From positions 4,232 to 68,231 of the forward strand of contig JBMFOH010000001.1 in assembly GCA_049969715.1 (NCBI GenBank): a stretch of 64,000 bases of DNA. Reading direction: 5' to 3'. A program made the position numbers and the translations under genes. Source of the DNA: a bacterium. Its GTDB lineage: Bacteria; DUMJ01. Position 1 is the first letter of the stretch. Each line of letters opens with the position of its first letter. The notes below the pieces were generated by a model. That model did not search any database. It saw nothing but the letters and a program-made list of their open reading frames with translations, and was not told the DNA's origin. This document shows, piece by piece, positions 36,066-46,837 of the stretch.

Positions 36066-38510
36066 TTATCTTGTTACTATATTTATTAGCTTCTCAGGGA
36101 TACTTATTATGTCCTTTACCTCTTTACCTTCTATAAACCTTTTTATCTTTGGCAGATTTAATACGACCTTCTTTAGAACCTCTAGGTCTCTTTCTCCAGT
36201 AATAATCTTATCTCTTAACTTTCCATCTACCTGTATAACTAATTCGTACTCAAACTGTTTTATTAATTCAGGACTATAGCTAGGCCATCTTTCTAGGAAG
36301 ATACTGTTCTTATGTCCTAACATCTCCCAGAGCTCTTCTGCAATATGGGGGGTGAATGGAGAAAGGAGTAAGAGAAACGTCTTTAATGTATCTTTCACTG
36401 TGTAGCCGTTTACCTTCTTTATTGCCTCTATATTACTATTTATAAAATTACTCCATTCCATCAGTGCACTTATAGCGGTGTTAAGATGGAATCTTTCTAT
36501 GATGTCTTCTGTAACTCTCTTTATAGTAAGATGTTTCCACCTGGTTAGCTCTCTTTCTATTCCTGTATCTATACTACTATCAGGGTTGGTAGTATAAGGG
36601 GTGAGTTCTGTATAGAGTTTCCATATCCGGTTTAAGAATCTCCACATCCCTTCTAAACCTTCGTCACTCCATTCGAGCTCTTTTTCTGGGGGAGAGGCAA
36701 AGAGGATAAAGAGTCTTAGTGTATCGGCTCCATACTTTTCTACTATAGGGGAAGGTTCTACTATATTCCCCAAGGATTTTGACATAGCCACCCCATCTTT
36801 TAATACCATCCCTTGGGTAAATAGATTAGTAAAAGGTTCTTCGAAGTCTACATATCCTGCGTCATATAATACCTTAGTAAAGAATCTAGAGTATAATAGA
36901 TGTAATATCGCGTGTTCAACTCCACCTATATATCTATCTACAGGCATCCAATAATCTACTGCTTCCTCTGCAAATGGCATCTTCTCATTGTGAGGGTCGG
37001 TAAAACGTAGGTAATACCAGGAAGAGCATACAAAGGTAGCCATAGTATCTGTCTCTCTCTTTGCAGGACCACCACATTTGGGACAGGTAGTATTTACAAA
37101 TTCTTCTGATGTGGCAAGAGGAGAGATACTCCCTGGGGTGAAATCTACATCTTCAGGAAGAACTACAGGAAGGTCTTCTTCTGGGACAGGAACTGCTCCA
37201 CAGTTGGGACAGTAAACAATAGGTATAGGAGCTCCCCAGTATCTTTGTCTAGATATAAGCCAGTCTTTGAGCCTATAGTTTATCTTTATATATGCTTTCC
37301 CTTTCTTTTCTAATGATGAGACTATCCTCATCTTGGCTATCTCGTTTGGTATTCCATTAAATCCGGAAGAATTTACAAGGACTCCTTCCCCCATATAAGG
37401 GGCTTCCAATTCACCTAACGGAGATCTACCCGGTGGAAGGACTACTGTTCTTATTGGAATGTTAAACTTCTTTGCAAATTCAAAGTCCCTTTCATCATGC
37501 GCTGGGACACCCATAATTGCTCCTGTACCATATTCTTGAAGGACATAGTTAGTTACCCATACAGGTATCTCCTCTTGATTCACTGGGTTTATCGCATACA
37601 ATCCAGTAAATACCCCGAGTTTTTCTTTATCATTACCTTGGAGATTCTTGGACTTAGATATTATATCCTCTACCTCTTGAGCTCTAAATAATGGAGACTT
37701 TCTGAGGTCTTCTATAAGCGGTGAATCTACTGAGATAGCAAAGAAAGTGGCTCCAAATAGTGTATCTGGCCTTGTTGTAAAGACCTTTATATCCTTATCT
37801 ATACCTTTTACTGTGAATACAATCTCTGCCCCTTCACTCTTTCCTATCCAGTTCCTCTGCATGGTTTTTACATGCTCTGGCCAGCCATGAAGTTTGTCTA
37901 GGTCATTGAGGAGTCTCTCTGCATAATCTGTAATCTTAAAGTACCACTGCTCTAGATATCTATCTTCAACTGGAGTATGGCATCTCCAGCATCCACCATC
38001 TACCACCTCTTCATTTGCTACTACTGTCTTGCAACTTGGACACCAGTTAACCCTAGCTTTGCTTTTGTATGCTAGGCCTCTCTCATATAAGAGGAGGAAA
38101 AACCACTCTGTCCATTTATAATAGGTGGGATCACATGTTGCCAACTCTCTAGACCAATCATAAGAGATTCCTAGCCTTTTTAGCTGCTCTCTCATATTCT
38201 CAATATTACTCCATGTCCATCTTGCCGGATGAATCCCTCTTTTTATGGCAGCATTCTCAGCTGGAAGACCAAATGCGTCCCAACCCATTGGATGCAACAC
38301 ATTATATCCATTAAATCTGTAATAACGGGCAATAACATCTCCAAGGACATAATTCCTTACATGTCCCATATGGATATTCCCCGAAGGGTATGGGAACATC
38401 TCTAATATATAAGCTTTAGAAAGAGAAGAATTCTCCTTCGTCCTGTGAAGACCTTCTGAATTCCACCTTTTCTGCCACTTTTCTTCTATAACTTTAGGAT
38501 TATAATCCAT
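36066..38510 (-). CDS. leuS: Leucyl-tRNA synthetase
   Basis: 814 aa. HIGH-type [15 protein letters not shown]-type AMSKSLGN, Zn/CP1 editing region. Confidence 0.95.
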   Translation of the reverse strand: MDYNPKVIEEKWQKRWNSEGLHRTKENSSLSKAYILEMFPYPSGNIHMGHVRNYVLGDVIARYYRFNGYNVLHPMGWDAFGLPAENAAIKRGIHPARWTWSNIENMREQLKRLGISYDWSRELATCDPTYYKWTEWFFLLLYERGLAYKSKARVNWCPSCKTVVANEEVVDGGCWRCHTPVEDRYLEQWYFKITDYAERLLNDLDKLHGWPEHVKTMQRNWIGKSEGAEIVFTVKGIDKDIKVFTTRPDTLFGATFFAISVDSPLIEDLRKSPLFRAQEVEDIISKSKNLQGNDKEKLGVFTGLYAINPVNQEEIPVWVTNYVLQEYGTGAIMGVPAHDERDFEFAKKFNIPIRTVVLPPGRSPLGELEAPYMGEGVLVNSSGFNGIPNEIAKMRIVSSLEKKGKAYIKINYRLKDWLISRQRYWGAPIPIVYCPNCGAVPVPEEDLPVVLPEDVDFTPGSISPLATSEEFVNTTCPKCGGPAKRETDTMATFVCSSWYYLRFTDPHNEKMPFAEEAVDYWMPVDRYIGGVEHAILHLLYSRFFTKVLYDAGYVDFEEPFTNLFTQGMVLKDGVAMSKSLGNIVEPSPIVEKYGADTLRLFILFASPPEKELEWSDEGLEGMWRFLNRIWKLYTELTPYTTNPDSSIDTGIERELTRWKHLTIKRVTEDIIERFHLNTAISALMEWSNFINSNIEAIKKVNGYTVKDTLKTFLLLLSPFTPHIAEELWEMLGHKNSIFLERWPSYSPELIKQFEYELVIQVDGKLRDKIITGERDLEVLKKVVLNLPKIKRFIEGKEVKDIISIPEKLINIVTR

Positions 38511-38560
38511 CCCTTATGCGTCCTCCATAATAAGTGTTAAAAAGAGTCTAATTTTTTAAG

Positions 38561-38589
38561 AGTTTATATTATCTTTAACCTTATGTCAA
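38561..38589 (-). promoter_or_regulatory. Sigma-70-type promoter for leuS
   Basis: On the minus strand: TTGACA (38589-38584), 17-nt spacer, TAAACT (38566-38561). This leaves only an approximately 45-50 nt leader. Confidence 0.4.
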
Positions 38590-38882
38590 GGGATTTTTAT
38601 ACACGCTTTATAGACTTTTGCGTAGGGTTATAAATTGGCAAAGATATTTGTTATGATAGCATAGGCTTCTAGCCTGTGCTATCAATATTTTTGCAAATAG
38701 AAACTTACCTACCACGTAAAAAGTTGAAGAATCTTTATAAGCTTGAATTATAGTGTATAATAGAAGAAAAGATTATCCATCTTTTGATTATCCTCATTGG
38801 GTGATAGGAGGTGATGAAAAGGTTTACCGATGAGGATAAGTTAAAGGAATCTTATAATTCTTATAGAAGGAGGTATTTGGTG

Positions 38883-40148
38883 ATGAAGAAGGTTTTGATA
38901 TCTGTGCTAGTGGCAATATTTTCCTTTGCTATCCTTTCGTTTGGTTTTGGGCAAGAGGTTGAGTTAAATACTATTAGTGGACCCGATGTAGACTTTCTTT
39001 TAAAGAGGGCACAGCAGTTCCAAGATAAGACAGGTGTAAGGGTAAATATTACAGTAGTTCCTTATGGTAGAGATCAAAATATAAAGCTTATGTCTTCTTT
39101 CTTGGCTGGAGGCTCTCAGTATGATGTCTATGTTATAGACTGCGTAGAGGTTCCTCAGTATGCAGAGGCAGGTTGGGCTTTGCCTATAGATGAATATGTC
39201 ACTCCAGAGATGAAGAAGGACCTTTTGCCGTTTGCTGCTGATGGAATGATGTATAAAGGACATTGGTACGGCCTCCCTTGGGCTTCAGAATGGAAGTCTT
39301 TTCTCTATAATGCAACAATGCTGGAGAAGGCTGGATATAAGGACCCTCCAAAGACATGGACACAGTTTGTAAATATCTCTAAGAAACTTCAGAATGCAGG
39401 GATAGTAAAGTACGCTACTGCTTGGTCATGGGCAGGCAAAGAGTGCCTAATATGTGATTTTGTAGCAGTGGCTGCCTCTTTTGGTGGGCAGTTCTTTGAT
39501 GAGGCTCAAAATCCTCTCTTCAATAAGGGTGTATCTGTAAAGGCTCTACAGTGGATGGTAGACAGTATATATAAGGAGAAGATCACTAACCCTGCCTCTA
39601 TTATGTGGACAGAGACTGATGTAAACAAGGCTATGGAGGCAGGAGATATAGCATTTGGTCTTAGATGGGGGTTACCTCTTGTCCCATTGAATGATCCTTC
39701 TAGGTCTAAGACAGTAGGACAGTGGAGGATAGGTCTTATGCCTTCTGTGGATGGCAAACATCCATACACAGTGTCAGGACCTATGGGTTGGGCTATCAGT
39801 TTTGGGACAAAACATAAAAAGGAAGCTATGGACTTTATCTTCTTTATGGCTGATGAGAAAGGAGCTAAATTGGCAGCTATTGAGCAGGGCGTAGTTCCAG
39901 GATGGGCATCTCTATATAAAGACCCTGACCTTATAAAGGCTGTCCCTCAGCTTGATATTATGCTTGAACAGGGTAAATTTGTAGTAAATAGACCTAGAGT
40001 TCCTTGGTACCATGACTTTTCTACAATGTTTGCGGTAGAGGTAAATTCAGCTCTTGTCCAGCAGAAGACACCTCAACAAGCCCTAAATGATGCCTATAAA
40101 AAGACGCTACAAATAAAGAAAGATTACGAGTCACGATCTAAGAAGTAG
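38883..40148 (+). CDS. Extracellular solute-binding protein, carbohydrate ABC transporter
   Basis: Signal peptide MKKVLISVLVAIFSFAILSFGFG from ATG 38883 (AGGAGG RBS), family-1 SBP fold length. The track ORF at 38811 is over-extended. Confidence 0.85.
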   Translation: MKKVLISVLVAIFSFAILSFGFGQEVELNTISGPDVDFLLKRAQQFQDKTGVRVNITVVPYGRDQNIKLMSSFLAGGSQYDVYVIDCVEVPQYAEAGWALPIDEYVTPEMKKDLLPFAADGMMYKGHWYGLPWASEWKSFLYNATMLEKAGYKDPPKTWTQFVNISKKLQNAGIVKYATAWSWAGKECLICDFVAVAASFGGQFFDEAQNPLFNKGVSVKALQWMVDSIYKEKITNPASIMWTETDVNKAMEAGDIAFGLRWGLPLVPLNDPSRSKTVGQWRIGLMPSVDGKHPYTVSGPMGWAISFGTKHKKEAMDFIFFMADEKGAKLAAIEQGVVPGWASLYKDPDLIKAVPQLDIMLEQGKFVVNRPRVPWYHDFSTMFAVEVNSALVQQKTPQQALNDAYKKTLQIKKDYESRSKK

Positions 40149-40156
40149 TAATAAAG

Positions 40157-40186
40157 GTTAGTGGCGCCTATATAGGCGCCACTAAC
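40157..40186 (+). other. Intercistronic GC-rich stem-loop between SBP and permease genes
   Basis: GTTAGTGGCGCCTATATAGGCGCCACTAAC, a perfect 13-bp stem with no T-tail. Confidence 0.5.
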
Positions 40187-40204
40187 TACATCTAGGAGAC
40201 TAGG

Positions 40205-41077
40205 ATGAGTAGAAAGACCCTTGGTTATTTACTGCTACTTCCCTCAGCTATTATCATATTGGTAGTGCTTGTATATCCAATCTTGTATTCTGGGTATCTG
40301 AGTTTCTTTGGTACATTTATTGGTCCTGGGACGCTTACTCTTACTCCAGTAGGATTGAAAAACTATATAGATACAATCAAAAGCCCTCAATGGTGGTGGG
40401 CTTTTGGAAGAACAGCTTATTTTGTTCTATATGATATTGTAGTGGGGATGAGCTTAGGTTTAGGCATAGCCCTTTTATTGAACAAAGAATTCAGGCTGAG
40501 AGGGATAGCTAGGGCACTGGTCCTTTTCCCATATGTGCTTCCAAGCATAGTAAAGGCTCTTATGTGGAAATGGATATACAACTCCGATTACGGATTCCTT
40601 AATGGGTTACTATTTCAACTTGGTCTCATAAAAGATTATATTCCTTGGCTGTCTAATCCTACCTTAGCTATCCATATGGTGATCCTTGCCAATATATGGG
40701 AAGGAACTCCTTTTGCTATTATTATGTATCTAGCTGCCTTACAGACGATACCAAAGGAACTTTATGAGGCATCTGAGGTGGACGGGGCTACCCCTTGGCA
40801 GATGTTTACTAAGATTACTTTTCCTCTTATAAAACCGATGACATTTATCTTAATAGTGATTAAAACTGTAGCTACCTTTAAGGTGTTTGATCTAGTCTAT
40901 GCGCTTACTGCTGGAGGTCCAGGGGGGAGTACTCAGGTTGTAGGATATCTTATGTATTCAACAGTATTTGACTCTTTGCAATTTGGCAAAGGTGCAGCTA
41001 TGTCTTATATACTTTTACTCATTATTTTAGTGCTTGTTTTTATATATTCTAAGCTATTCCAGAGTGAGGAGGAATAA
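40205..41077 (+). CDS. Carbohydrate ABC transporter permease (MalF-type)
   Basis: EAA loop YEASEVDGATPWQMFTKITFPLIKP. 6 TM. Confidence 0.9.
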   Translation: MSRKTLGYLLLLPSAIIILVVLVYPILYSGYLSFFGTFIGPGTLTLTPVGLKNYIDTIKSPQWWWAFGRTAYFVLYDIVVGMSLGLGIALLLNKEFRLRGIARALVLFPYVLPSIVKALMWKWIYNSDYGFLNGLLFQLGLIKDYIPWLSNPTLAIHMVILANIWEGTPFAIIMYLAALQTIPKELYEASEVDGATPWQMFTKITFPLIKPMTFILIVIKTVATFKVFDLVYALTAGGPGGSTQVVGYLMYSTVFDSLQFGKGAAMSYILLLIILVLVFIYSKLFQSEEE

Positions 41078-41925
41078 TGCATAACAATAGTAGGGTCAAA
41101 ATTATCATAGATGGTATACTTATAATTTTAGCTATGATATGGACGTTACTTCCCCTTTGGTGGACCTTCCAAACAAGTATCTCCCCAGAGGTAGATTTAA
41201 CCCGTATTCCTCCACGTTGGCTTCCCTCTTCTATAAATTTTAACTATTATAATAGCATACTTTTCAAAAAGATGGGGACTACTACTGCGTTTAGAGCAGG
41301 TATCTTTAATAGTAGTGTTATAAGTATTACTGTGGCTTTTCTCTCTGTCTTTTTAGGGTCTTTAGCTGCCTATGCTATAGTGAGACTAAACGTGTTATCA
41401 GGTCGATGGGTAATCTTTACTCTGCTTTTTGCCCAGATGATTCCTCCAGTTATACTAATTACGTCTCTTTACGTTATTGCTTCTAAGTTGCATCTACTTG
41501 ATACTAGATTCCTACTTATTTTGATATACTCTGCATTACAGCTTCCTATGGCTATATGGATCCTAAGAGGATATTTTCAGACAATCCCAAGGGAAATAGA
41601 GGATTCTGCATTGATAGATGGATGTTCTCCTTCTCAGGTACTCTTCCATATAGTGTTACCTCTTTCAGGACCAGCCCTTTTTACTACTGGGATATTTACC
41701 TTTATATCTGCTTGGGGAGAATTTCTGATGGCATTAGTTTTTACTAGTAGTCTAGCTTCAAAGACAATGCCAGTAGCTATAGCTGAATTTATGGGGCGAT
41801 TTACCGTAGACTATGGTCTTATGTGTACAGCCGGGATGATAGCATCTGTTCCGCCTATACTTATAGCCTTTATATTTCAGAGATTTATAATTCAAGGTTT
41901 AACTAGTGGAGCAGTAAAAGGATAG
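41077..41925 (+). CDS. Carbohydrate ABC transporter permease (MalG-type)
   Basis: EAA loop IEDSALIDGCSPSQVLFHIVLPLSGP. 6 TM. Confidence 0.9.
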   Translation: MHNNSRVKIIIDGILIILAMIWTLLPLWWTFQTSISPEVDLTRIPPRWLPSSINFNYYNSILFKKMGTTTAFRAGIFNSSVISITVAFLSVFLGSLAAYAIVRLNVLSGRWVIFTLLFAQMIPPVILITSLYVIASKLHLLDTRFLLILIYSALQLPMAIWILRGYFQTIPREIEDSALIDGCSPSQVLFHIVLPLSGPALFTTGIFTFISAWGEFLMALVFTSSLASKTMPVAIAEFMGRFTVDYGLMCTAGMIASVPPILIAFIFQRFIIQGLTSGAVKG

Positions 41926-41938
41926 GAGGAGATGAAAG

Positions 41939-43294
41939 ATGGCAAAGATATCAGTTATAGGAGCAGGGAGTGTGGCGTTTTCGCTAAGTTTGATACAAGA
42001 TTTTGCCCTTACTAAAGGGCTTTCTGGTAGCACGATTACTTTTATGGACATAAACGAAGATAGATTAGATATGGTTTATGGCCTTGCCTCTAGATATATA
42101 AAAGAGTTAGGTATGGATTTGAATCTGAAGAAGACATTTGACAGAGAAAAGGCTATAGATGGGGCAGACTTTGTAATAAATACGGTTAAGGTTGATGGTT
42201 ATGACTTTATGGAAGATGAAAGGACTATAGCCGAGAAGTATGGGTACTATAGAGGGATAGATGACAAGGTCAGTGACTATTACGGGGGATTCTTTGCTTA
42301 TAAACAGCTAGATTTCTTTTTGGGACTAGCAAAAGATGTGGAAAGGATAAGTCCGAATGCCTGGTTTATGCAGGTATCGAATCCAGTATTCGAAGGAACA
42401 AACCTTATAGCTAGAGAGACAAGGTTGAAAGTAGCTGGTTTTTGTCATGGAGCTCAAGGTTATAAAGATATAGTAAGGATTCTAAAACTGAATCCAGAAG
42501 AAGTTGAGGCACAGGTAGTAGGATTAAACCATTGTACCTGGCTTACTAGATTTTTATATAAGGGTAAGAATGCATATCCATTGATAGATGAATGGATAGA
42601 GAGGGAATCAGAGAGGTATTGGAAGAGCGATGAGTATCTCCATAACCCATGGGGTTACCATATAACTCCTGCTGCAGTGGAGATGTATAAACTCTATGGA
42701 CTATTCCCTATAGGTGATGCAGTAAGAAGTGTCTCTCCATGGTGGTTCAATACAGACTTAAAGACAAAGGAAAGGTGGTTCTCCTCAGGGGGACCAGATT
42801 CAGAAGTAGGCTGGACAATGTATCTATTTAGACTAAGAGAGAAGCTTAGAATGATGGAAGATATAGCAGGAGACAAAAACATTGTGATAACAGAAAAACT
42901 TCCCCCTAAGCCTAGTGGAGAGGTGATTGTTCCCTTTATCGATGCAGTAGTAAATAATAAGAAGAGTAAACTCATACTAAATATCCTGAATAATGGAGCA
43001 ATAGATGGATTTCCAGATGATGTAGTAGTAGAGGTCCCAGTAGTAGTAAGTAGGGATGGTCTTGAGAGAGAAAAAATAGGTAGACTTCCCAATCGTCTTA
43101 TGCTCCATGTAATGGTTCCAAGATGGCAAAGGATGGAAATAGTTTTGCATGCCTTTAAAGAGGGAGATAGAACAAGTCTTCTATTAATGCTTATGGAAGA
43201 CCACAGAACTAAATCTAGAGAACAGGTAGAAGCATTAATAGACGAGATACTTGCTCAACCTTGGAATGATGAAGCAAGGGAGCACTATAAGTAA
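41939..43294 (+). CDS. Glycoside hydrolase family 4 (NAD+/Mn2+-dependent alpha-glycosidase, AglA/MelA-like)
   Basis: N-terminal Rossmann KISVIGAGSVAFS, SNPVFE, GFCHG (Cys-His metal site), GLNHCTW. Confidence 0.85.
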   Translation: MAKISVIGAGSVAFSLSLIQDFALTKGLSGSTITFMDINEDRLDMVYGLASRYIKELGMDLNLKKTFDREKAIDGADFVINTVKVDGYDFMEDERTIAEKYGYYRGIDDKVSDYYGGFFAYKQLDFFLGLAKDVERISPNAWFMQVSNPVFEGTNLIARETRLKVAGFCHGAQGYKDIVRILKLNPEEVEAQVVGLNHCTWLTRFLYKGKNAYPLIDEWIERESERYWKSDEYLHNPWGYHITPAAVEMYKLYGLFPIGDAVRSVSPWWFNTDLKTKERWFSSGGPDSEVGWTMYLFRLREKLRMMEDIAGDKNIVITEKLPPKPSGEVIVPFIDAVVNNKKSKLILNILNNGAIDGFPDDVVVEVPVVVSRDGLEREKIGRLPNRLMLHVMVPRWQRMEIVLHAFKEGDRTSLLLMLMEDHRTKSREQVEALIDEILAQPWNDEAREHYK

Positions 43295-43300
43295 AAAAAG

Positions 43301-43326
43301 AAGCCACTGACAAGGGTCAGTGGCTT
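43301..43326. terminator. Bidirectional terminator hairpin between the GH4 and TolC-like genes
   Basis: AAGCCACTGAC AAGG GTCAGTGGCTT, with A-run upstream and T-rich sequence downstream. Confidence 0.6.
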
Positions 43327-43342
43327 AAGTTTAATAAATATC

Positions 43343-44401
43343 TTATTTAGACTTCTGTACTATTGGGACACCAGTTGCTAAAGCTAGGGCATCGAGGGTT
43401 CTATAGTAATTGTATACTGCTGACTTATAGTTATTTTCAGCACTCATAAGTGAAAGTTCAGTATTCATCAGTTGGATTTGTGTTATTGATCCCACTTTAT
43501 ACCTTACCTTGTCTGTATCAAGATTCTTCTGTGCTAAGGCAAGATTCTTCTCTTGTAACTTTACTTGATTTAATGCATTGATGACATTCTGATAAGAGGA
43601 TTCAATAGAGACACCTAGATTATTTAATACTTGCTGTAAATTAGACTGGGCAGTCGATAAAGAACTTTTGGCTGTTCTGATCTGGTCTTGAGGTGTGTAG
43701 TCGTTGTTAGCTAGATCAAACTGGAGTTGAGCTAATGCAACATTATTTTTTGCCTGAACTACTGTAGGAAGATTATCTTGGGCTTGTTTTTCTAATCCTT
43801 CTAGACTTATATTCACCTCATTAAAGCCTACGTCCACTAATGCTATAGGTGTAGATGAATCTATCCCTAACGATACAGCAAGTTTGTCTGTAGCACTCTT
43901 TAAATTGGCTTGCGCTTGAGTTACTAAATTCTGACTCGAGATAACATTATTTTCTGCCTGAATTACATCACTATCAGTAGCATTACCCTGTGCCCTTTTA
44001 GTCTTTGTGATATCTAGATTCTTATTAGCTATTTCTAGCTGTTTTTTTGCTAGATTCAACTGATTTTGTGCTTCTAATACTGTAAAATAGTTATCTCTTA
44101 CTGTCTGAGTGACCTGGAGTTTAGTATAGTTAAGTTGTACCTGAGCATTGTTATAACTGTTCTTTGCCTGGGTAAGTTCTAATACTAGAGTAGTAGGGTC
44201 TGCCTCCTTTTCTTCTAAGGTGGTCTTTGCATCATCTAGAGTTCTCTGTGCGTCTAACACACTAAGGTTTTGTTTTAGAGCTAAATCTATAGCCCCATCC
44301 ATAGTAAGCTGCAATGTATCCTTACTATAGGCTATAGTGCTGGTCAACAATAAGACTGTTAATAAGACTACATAAGATACCTTTTTGAACATATCTATCA
44401 C
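43343..44401 (-). CDS. TolC-family outer-membrane efflux protein (short paralogue, 352 aa)
   Basis: Signal peptide. Repeated OEP coiled-coil pattern (LDAQRTLDDAKTTLEEKE..., ALAQLQFDLANNDY..., YNYYRTLDALALATG). Confidence 0.7.
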   Translation of the reverse strand: MIDMFKKVSYVVLLTVLLLTSTIAYSKDTLQLTMDGAIDLALKQNLSVLDAQRTLDDAKTTLEEKEADPTTLVLELTQAKNSYNNAQVQLNYTKLQVTQTVRDNYFTVLEAQNQLNLAKKQLEIANKNLDITKTKRAQGNATDSDVIQAENNVISSQNLVTQAQANLKSATDKLAVSLGIDSSTPIALVDVGFNEVNISLEGLEKQAQDNLPTVVQAKNNVALAQLQFDLANNDYTPQDQIRTAKSSLSTAQSNLQQVLNNLGVSIESSYQNVINALNQVKLQEKNLALAQKNLDTDKVRYKVGSITQIQLMNTELSLMSAENNYKSAVYNYYRTLDALALATGVPIVQKSK

Positions 44402-45756
44402 TCCCTTCCTAGGACTGATTCTAGTTGTAATAAGCTGACATTATAATTTGCTACCGCCTTATCCATATCCAATTGTGCCTGCTCCAATTGGATATTAGCT
44501 GAATCTAGATCTAACTGTGTAACTAGACCTAGACTCAGTCTTGCCTCTTGATTCTTTGCTATTAATTCCTTCTGAGAGAGATTAAGCTTGGCTCTCTCTA
44601 CTTGTTCCTTATTACTCATTACTGTTTGATAGTTCTGTCTTACACTTAGCTCTACACTCTTCTTAGTATTTTCAAGGTTAAGTTTTGCCTGTTCTATCTG
44701 GAGTTGTGCCTGCTTTATTGCTTCCGTCTTACTCCCCCCATCAAAGATAGGTGTACTTATAGAGACTCCTATGCTCCAGGTATTAGATGTATTGCTACCC
44801 GTGTAATTACCTACAGGAAAAGAATACGAGAGACCCATTTGATAATTTTTGCTATCAATAGAAAGAGTAAAGGCCTGTCCGTTCTGAGGCGAATAACTTC
44901 CACTTAAACTAACAATTGTACCTGATTTTGCTGCCTCTCTGTACGCTCTTTCTGCCTCTTCTAGGTCGAATTGTGCATTTTTTAGGTCTAGGTTATTAGA
45001 CATAGCCTCTTTTATAAGGTCATCTAGAGAGAGTTCGGAAGGATTATAGGTAAAATCTCCTTCTAGTTTCACATCCTTTGGTGTTATTTCTAAGGTATTG
45101 AAGAGGGTAAGTAATGTAAGTTCTGCGTTACTTTTGGCTGAATCGAAGCTAATCTGGCTATCGTTTAGAGCTAACTGGGCATCCATAAGAGAAATCTCTG
45201 TTATTGCTTTAGCGGAAAACTGAATCTCTGCTACCTTCAGCCTCTTCTGAGCTAACGCTAGGTTGTTTTGAGCGATCTCTAGTTGCCTCTGGGCAAAAAG
45301 GGCATTATAGAATTGATTGATGACCTTTATCTCTAGATTTTTCTTGGTAGCTTCAAAGGTATTTTTTGCTTTGTAGAGCTCCCTCTGGGCTTTGAATAAG
45401 GTCAATCCAGCCGGGCTATCTTCGTTTATAACCTGGGTTAAGGAGAGGGTAGCCTTTCCTCCCTCAAAGGGCTCGGTAATAGTTCCTCCTAGATTGGTAG
45501 TAACACTCTCTTCCCCCTTAGAGTATCCTATTCCTCCATTCAGTTGTAGTTTAAAGGCTGATAAGGCACTATTGAATGCTGATTGGGCATTACTAAGCTG
45601 TACTTGAGCAATCTTTAATTCTGGGGCATTATCTATTAGTTTTAGGACATCTTCTGCCCTCCACTCCTCCTGACTAAGGGCTATGGAGGGCATCCAAACT
45701 AAATTTAGGATTGATATCAAACAGATTATAAGTACTGTTTTCATCTTATCCTTCAA
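44398..45756 (-). CDS. TolC-family outer-membrane efflux protein (452 aa)
   Basis: Signal peptide. Two OEP repeats (QVQLSNAQSAFNSALSAF..., LEIAQNNLALAQKRLKVAE..., ANYNVSLLQLESVLG). Confidence 0.75.
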   Translation of the reverse strand: MKDKMKTVLIICLISILNLVWMPSIALSQEEWRAEDVLKLIDNAPELKIAQVQLSNAQSAFNSALSAFKLQLNGGIGYSKGEESVTTNLGGTITEPFEGGKATLSLTQVINEDSPAGLTLFKAQRELYKAKNTFEATKKNLEIKVINQFYNALFAQRQLEIAQNNLALAQKRLKVAEIQFSAKAITEISLMDAQLALNDSQISFDSAKSNAELTLLTLFNTLEITPKDVKLEGDFTYNPSELSLDDLIKEAMSNNLDLKNAQFDLEEAERAYREAAKSGTIVSLSGSYSPQNGQAFTLSIDSKNYQMGLSYSFPVGNYTGSNTSNTWSIGVSISTPIFDGGSKTEAIKQAQLQIEQAKLNLENTKKSVELSVRQNYQTVMSNKEQVERAKLNLSQKELIAKNQEARLSLGLVTQLDLDSANIQLEQAQLDMDKAVANYNVSLLQLESVLGRE

Positions 45757-46823
45757 ATTACATCTCCATTAGTAGCGAAGACCTTTGGTCTTTCTCCTAG
45801 GGTTGCCCTTAAGTCGATGATCTTATTATTTCTTAAAACCTTTAATGTTATCTCCTTACCCTTTTCCCCTTTTAGTACCTTTAGCGCTAAGGTTTCCAGG
45901 GAGTCTATCTGCTCATTGTTTATCCCTATGATAATATCTCCCCTTTGGAGTTTAGCCTTCTCAGCAGGACTTCCCATAGCTATATCTGCCACTACTACTC
46001 CATAGTCTACAGGGAGGTTATAAAAGAGAGCAGTTTGACTATCTAATGTCTCTCCTGCTATTCCTAGCCAGGTATGAGCTGCATATCCCTTCTTCATTAT
46101 CTCTTCTGCTATGCCTTTAGCTATGTTACTAGGAATAGCAAAACCTATCCCTTGAGCTCCCTGATATATGGCAGTATTGATCCCTATTACTTCTCCAGAG
46201 CTATTTACTAAAGCTCCTCCACTGTTACCTGGGTTTATAGCAGCATCAGTTTGCATAAGGCTTTCAATAAGAACCCCTTTATCAGTCTGAATGCTCCTAT
46301 CTAGAGCACTTACTATACCTGCGGTTACCGTCTTACCTAAGCCAAAGGGATTTCCTATTGCTATGGCAATCTGACCTACTTTTACCTTAGAAGAGTCAGC
46401 AAGCTTGGCAGCAGGAAGGTCTGTTGCATTTACCTTTACCACCGCTATGTCTGTAAATGGGTCTCTACCTACCAACCTTCCATCTAGAGACTTTCCATTA
46501 GCCAGTGTTACCCTGATCTTTTTTGCTCCCTCTACCACATGGTTGTTCGTTAATATATACCCATCACTAGAGATTATGACCCCAGAACCTGCTCCCTCCA
46601 TTGGCACGGGCTGAAAGAAATACTGAACTACACTTACTGTATTTATATTTACTACACTTGGTCCGACCCTTTCTGCCACGTCTATATATACAGATTCCTC
46701 GTTTGTTAAGACATTTGTTTGCGCTGAAGCTGTGCTAGGATTTATCCATCTACTACCAAAAATACCTAATGCTAAACCACTTAAGAATACTACAATAGTT
46801 GAGATTATTAAGACCTTTCGCAT
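45753..46823 (-). CDS. HtrA/DegP-family serine protease with one PDZ domain
   Basis: Catalytic triad contexts TNNHVV, DIAVVKV, GNSGGAL. C-terminal PDZ (GSPAEKAKLQRGDIIIGIN). Confidence 0.9.
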   Translation of the reverse strand: MRKVLIISTIVVFLSGLALGIFGSRWINPSTASAQTNVLTNEESVYIDVAERVGPSVVNINTVSVVQYFFQPVPMEGAGSGVIISSDGYILTNNHVVEGAKKIRVTLANGKSLDGRLVGRDPFTDIAVVKVNATDLPAAKLADSSKVKVGQIAIAIGNPFGLGKTVTAGIVSALDRSIQTDKGVLIESLMQTDAAINPGNSGGALVNSSGEVIGINTAIYQGAQGIGFAIPSNIAKGIAEEIMKKGYAAHTWLGIAGETLDSQTALFYNLPVDYGVVVADIAMGSPAEKAKLQRGDIIIGINNEQIDSLETLALKVLKGEKGKEITLKVLRNNKIIDLRATLGERPKVFATNGDVI

Positions 46824-46837
46824 AACATCCTCCTTCT

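Noticed and set aside
38511-38810. Possible T-box riboswitch leader for leuS.
   Set aside because: No T-box consensus (AGGGTGGNACCGCG or its complement) is present. The predicted promoter leaves only an approximately 45-50 nt leader, too short for a T-box.
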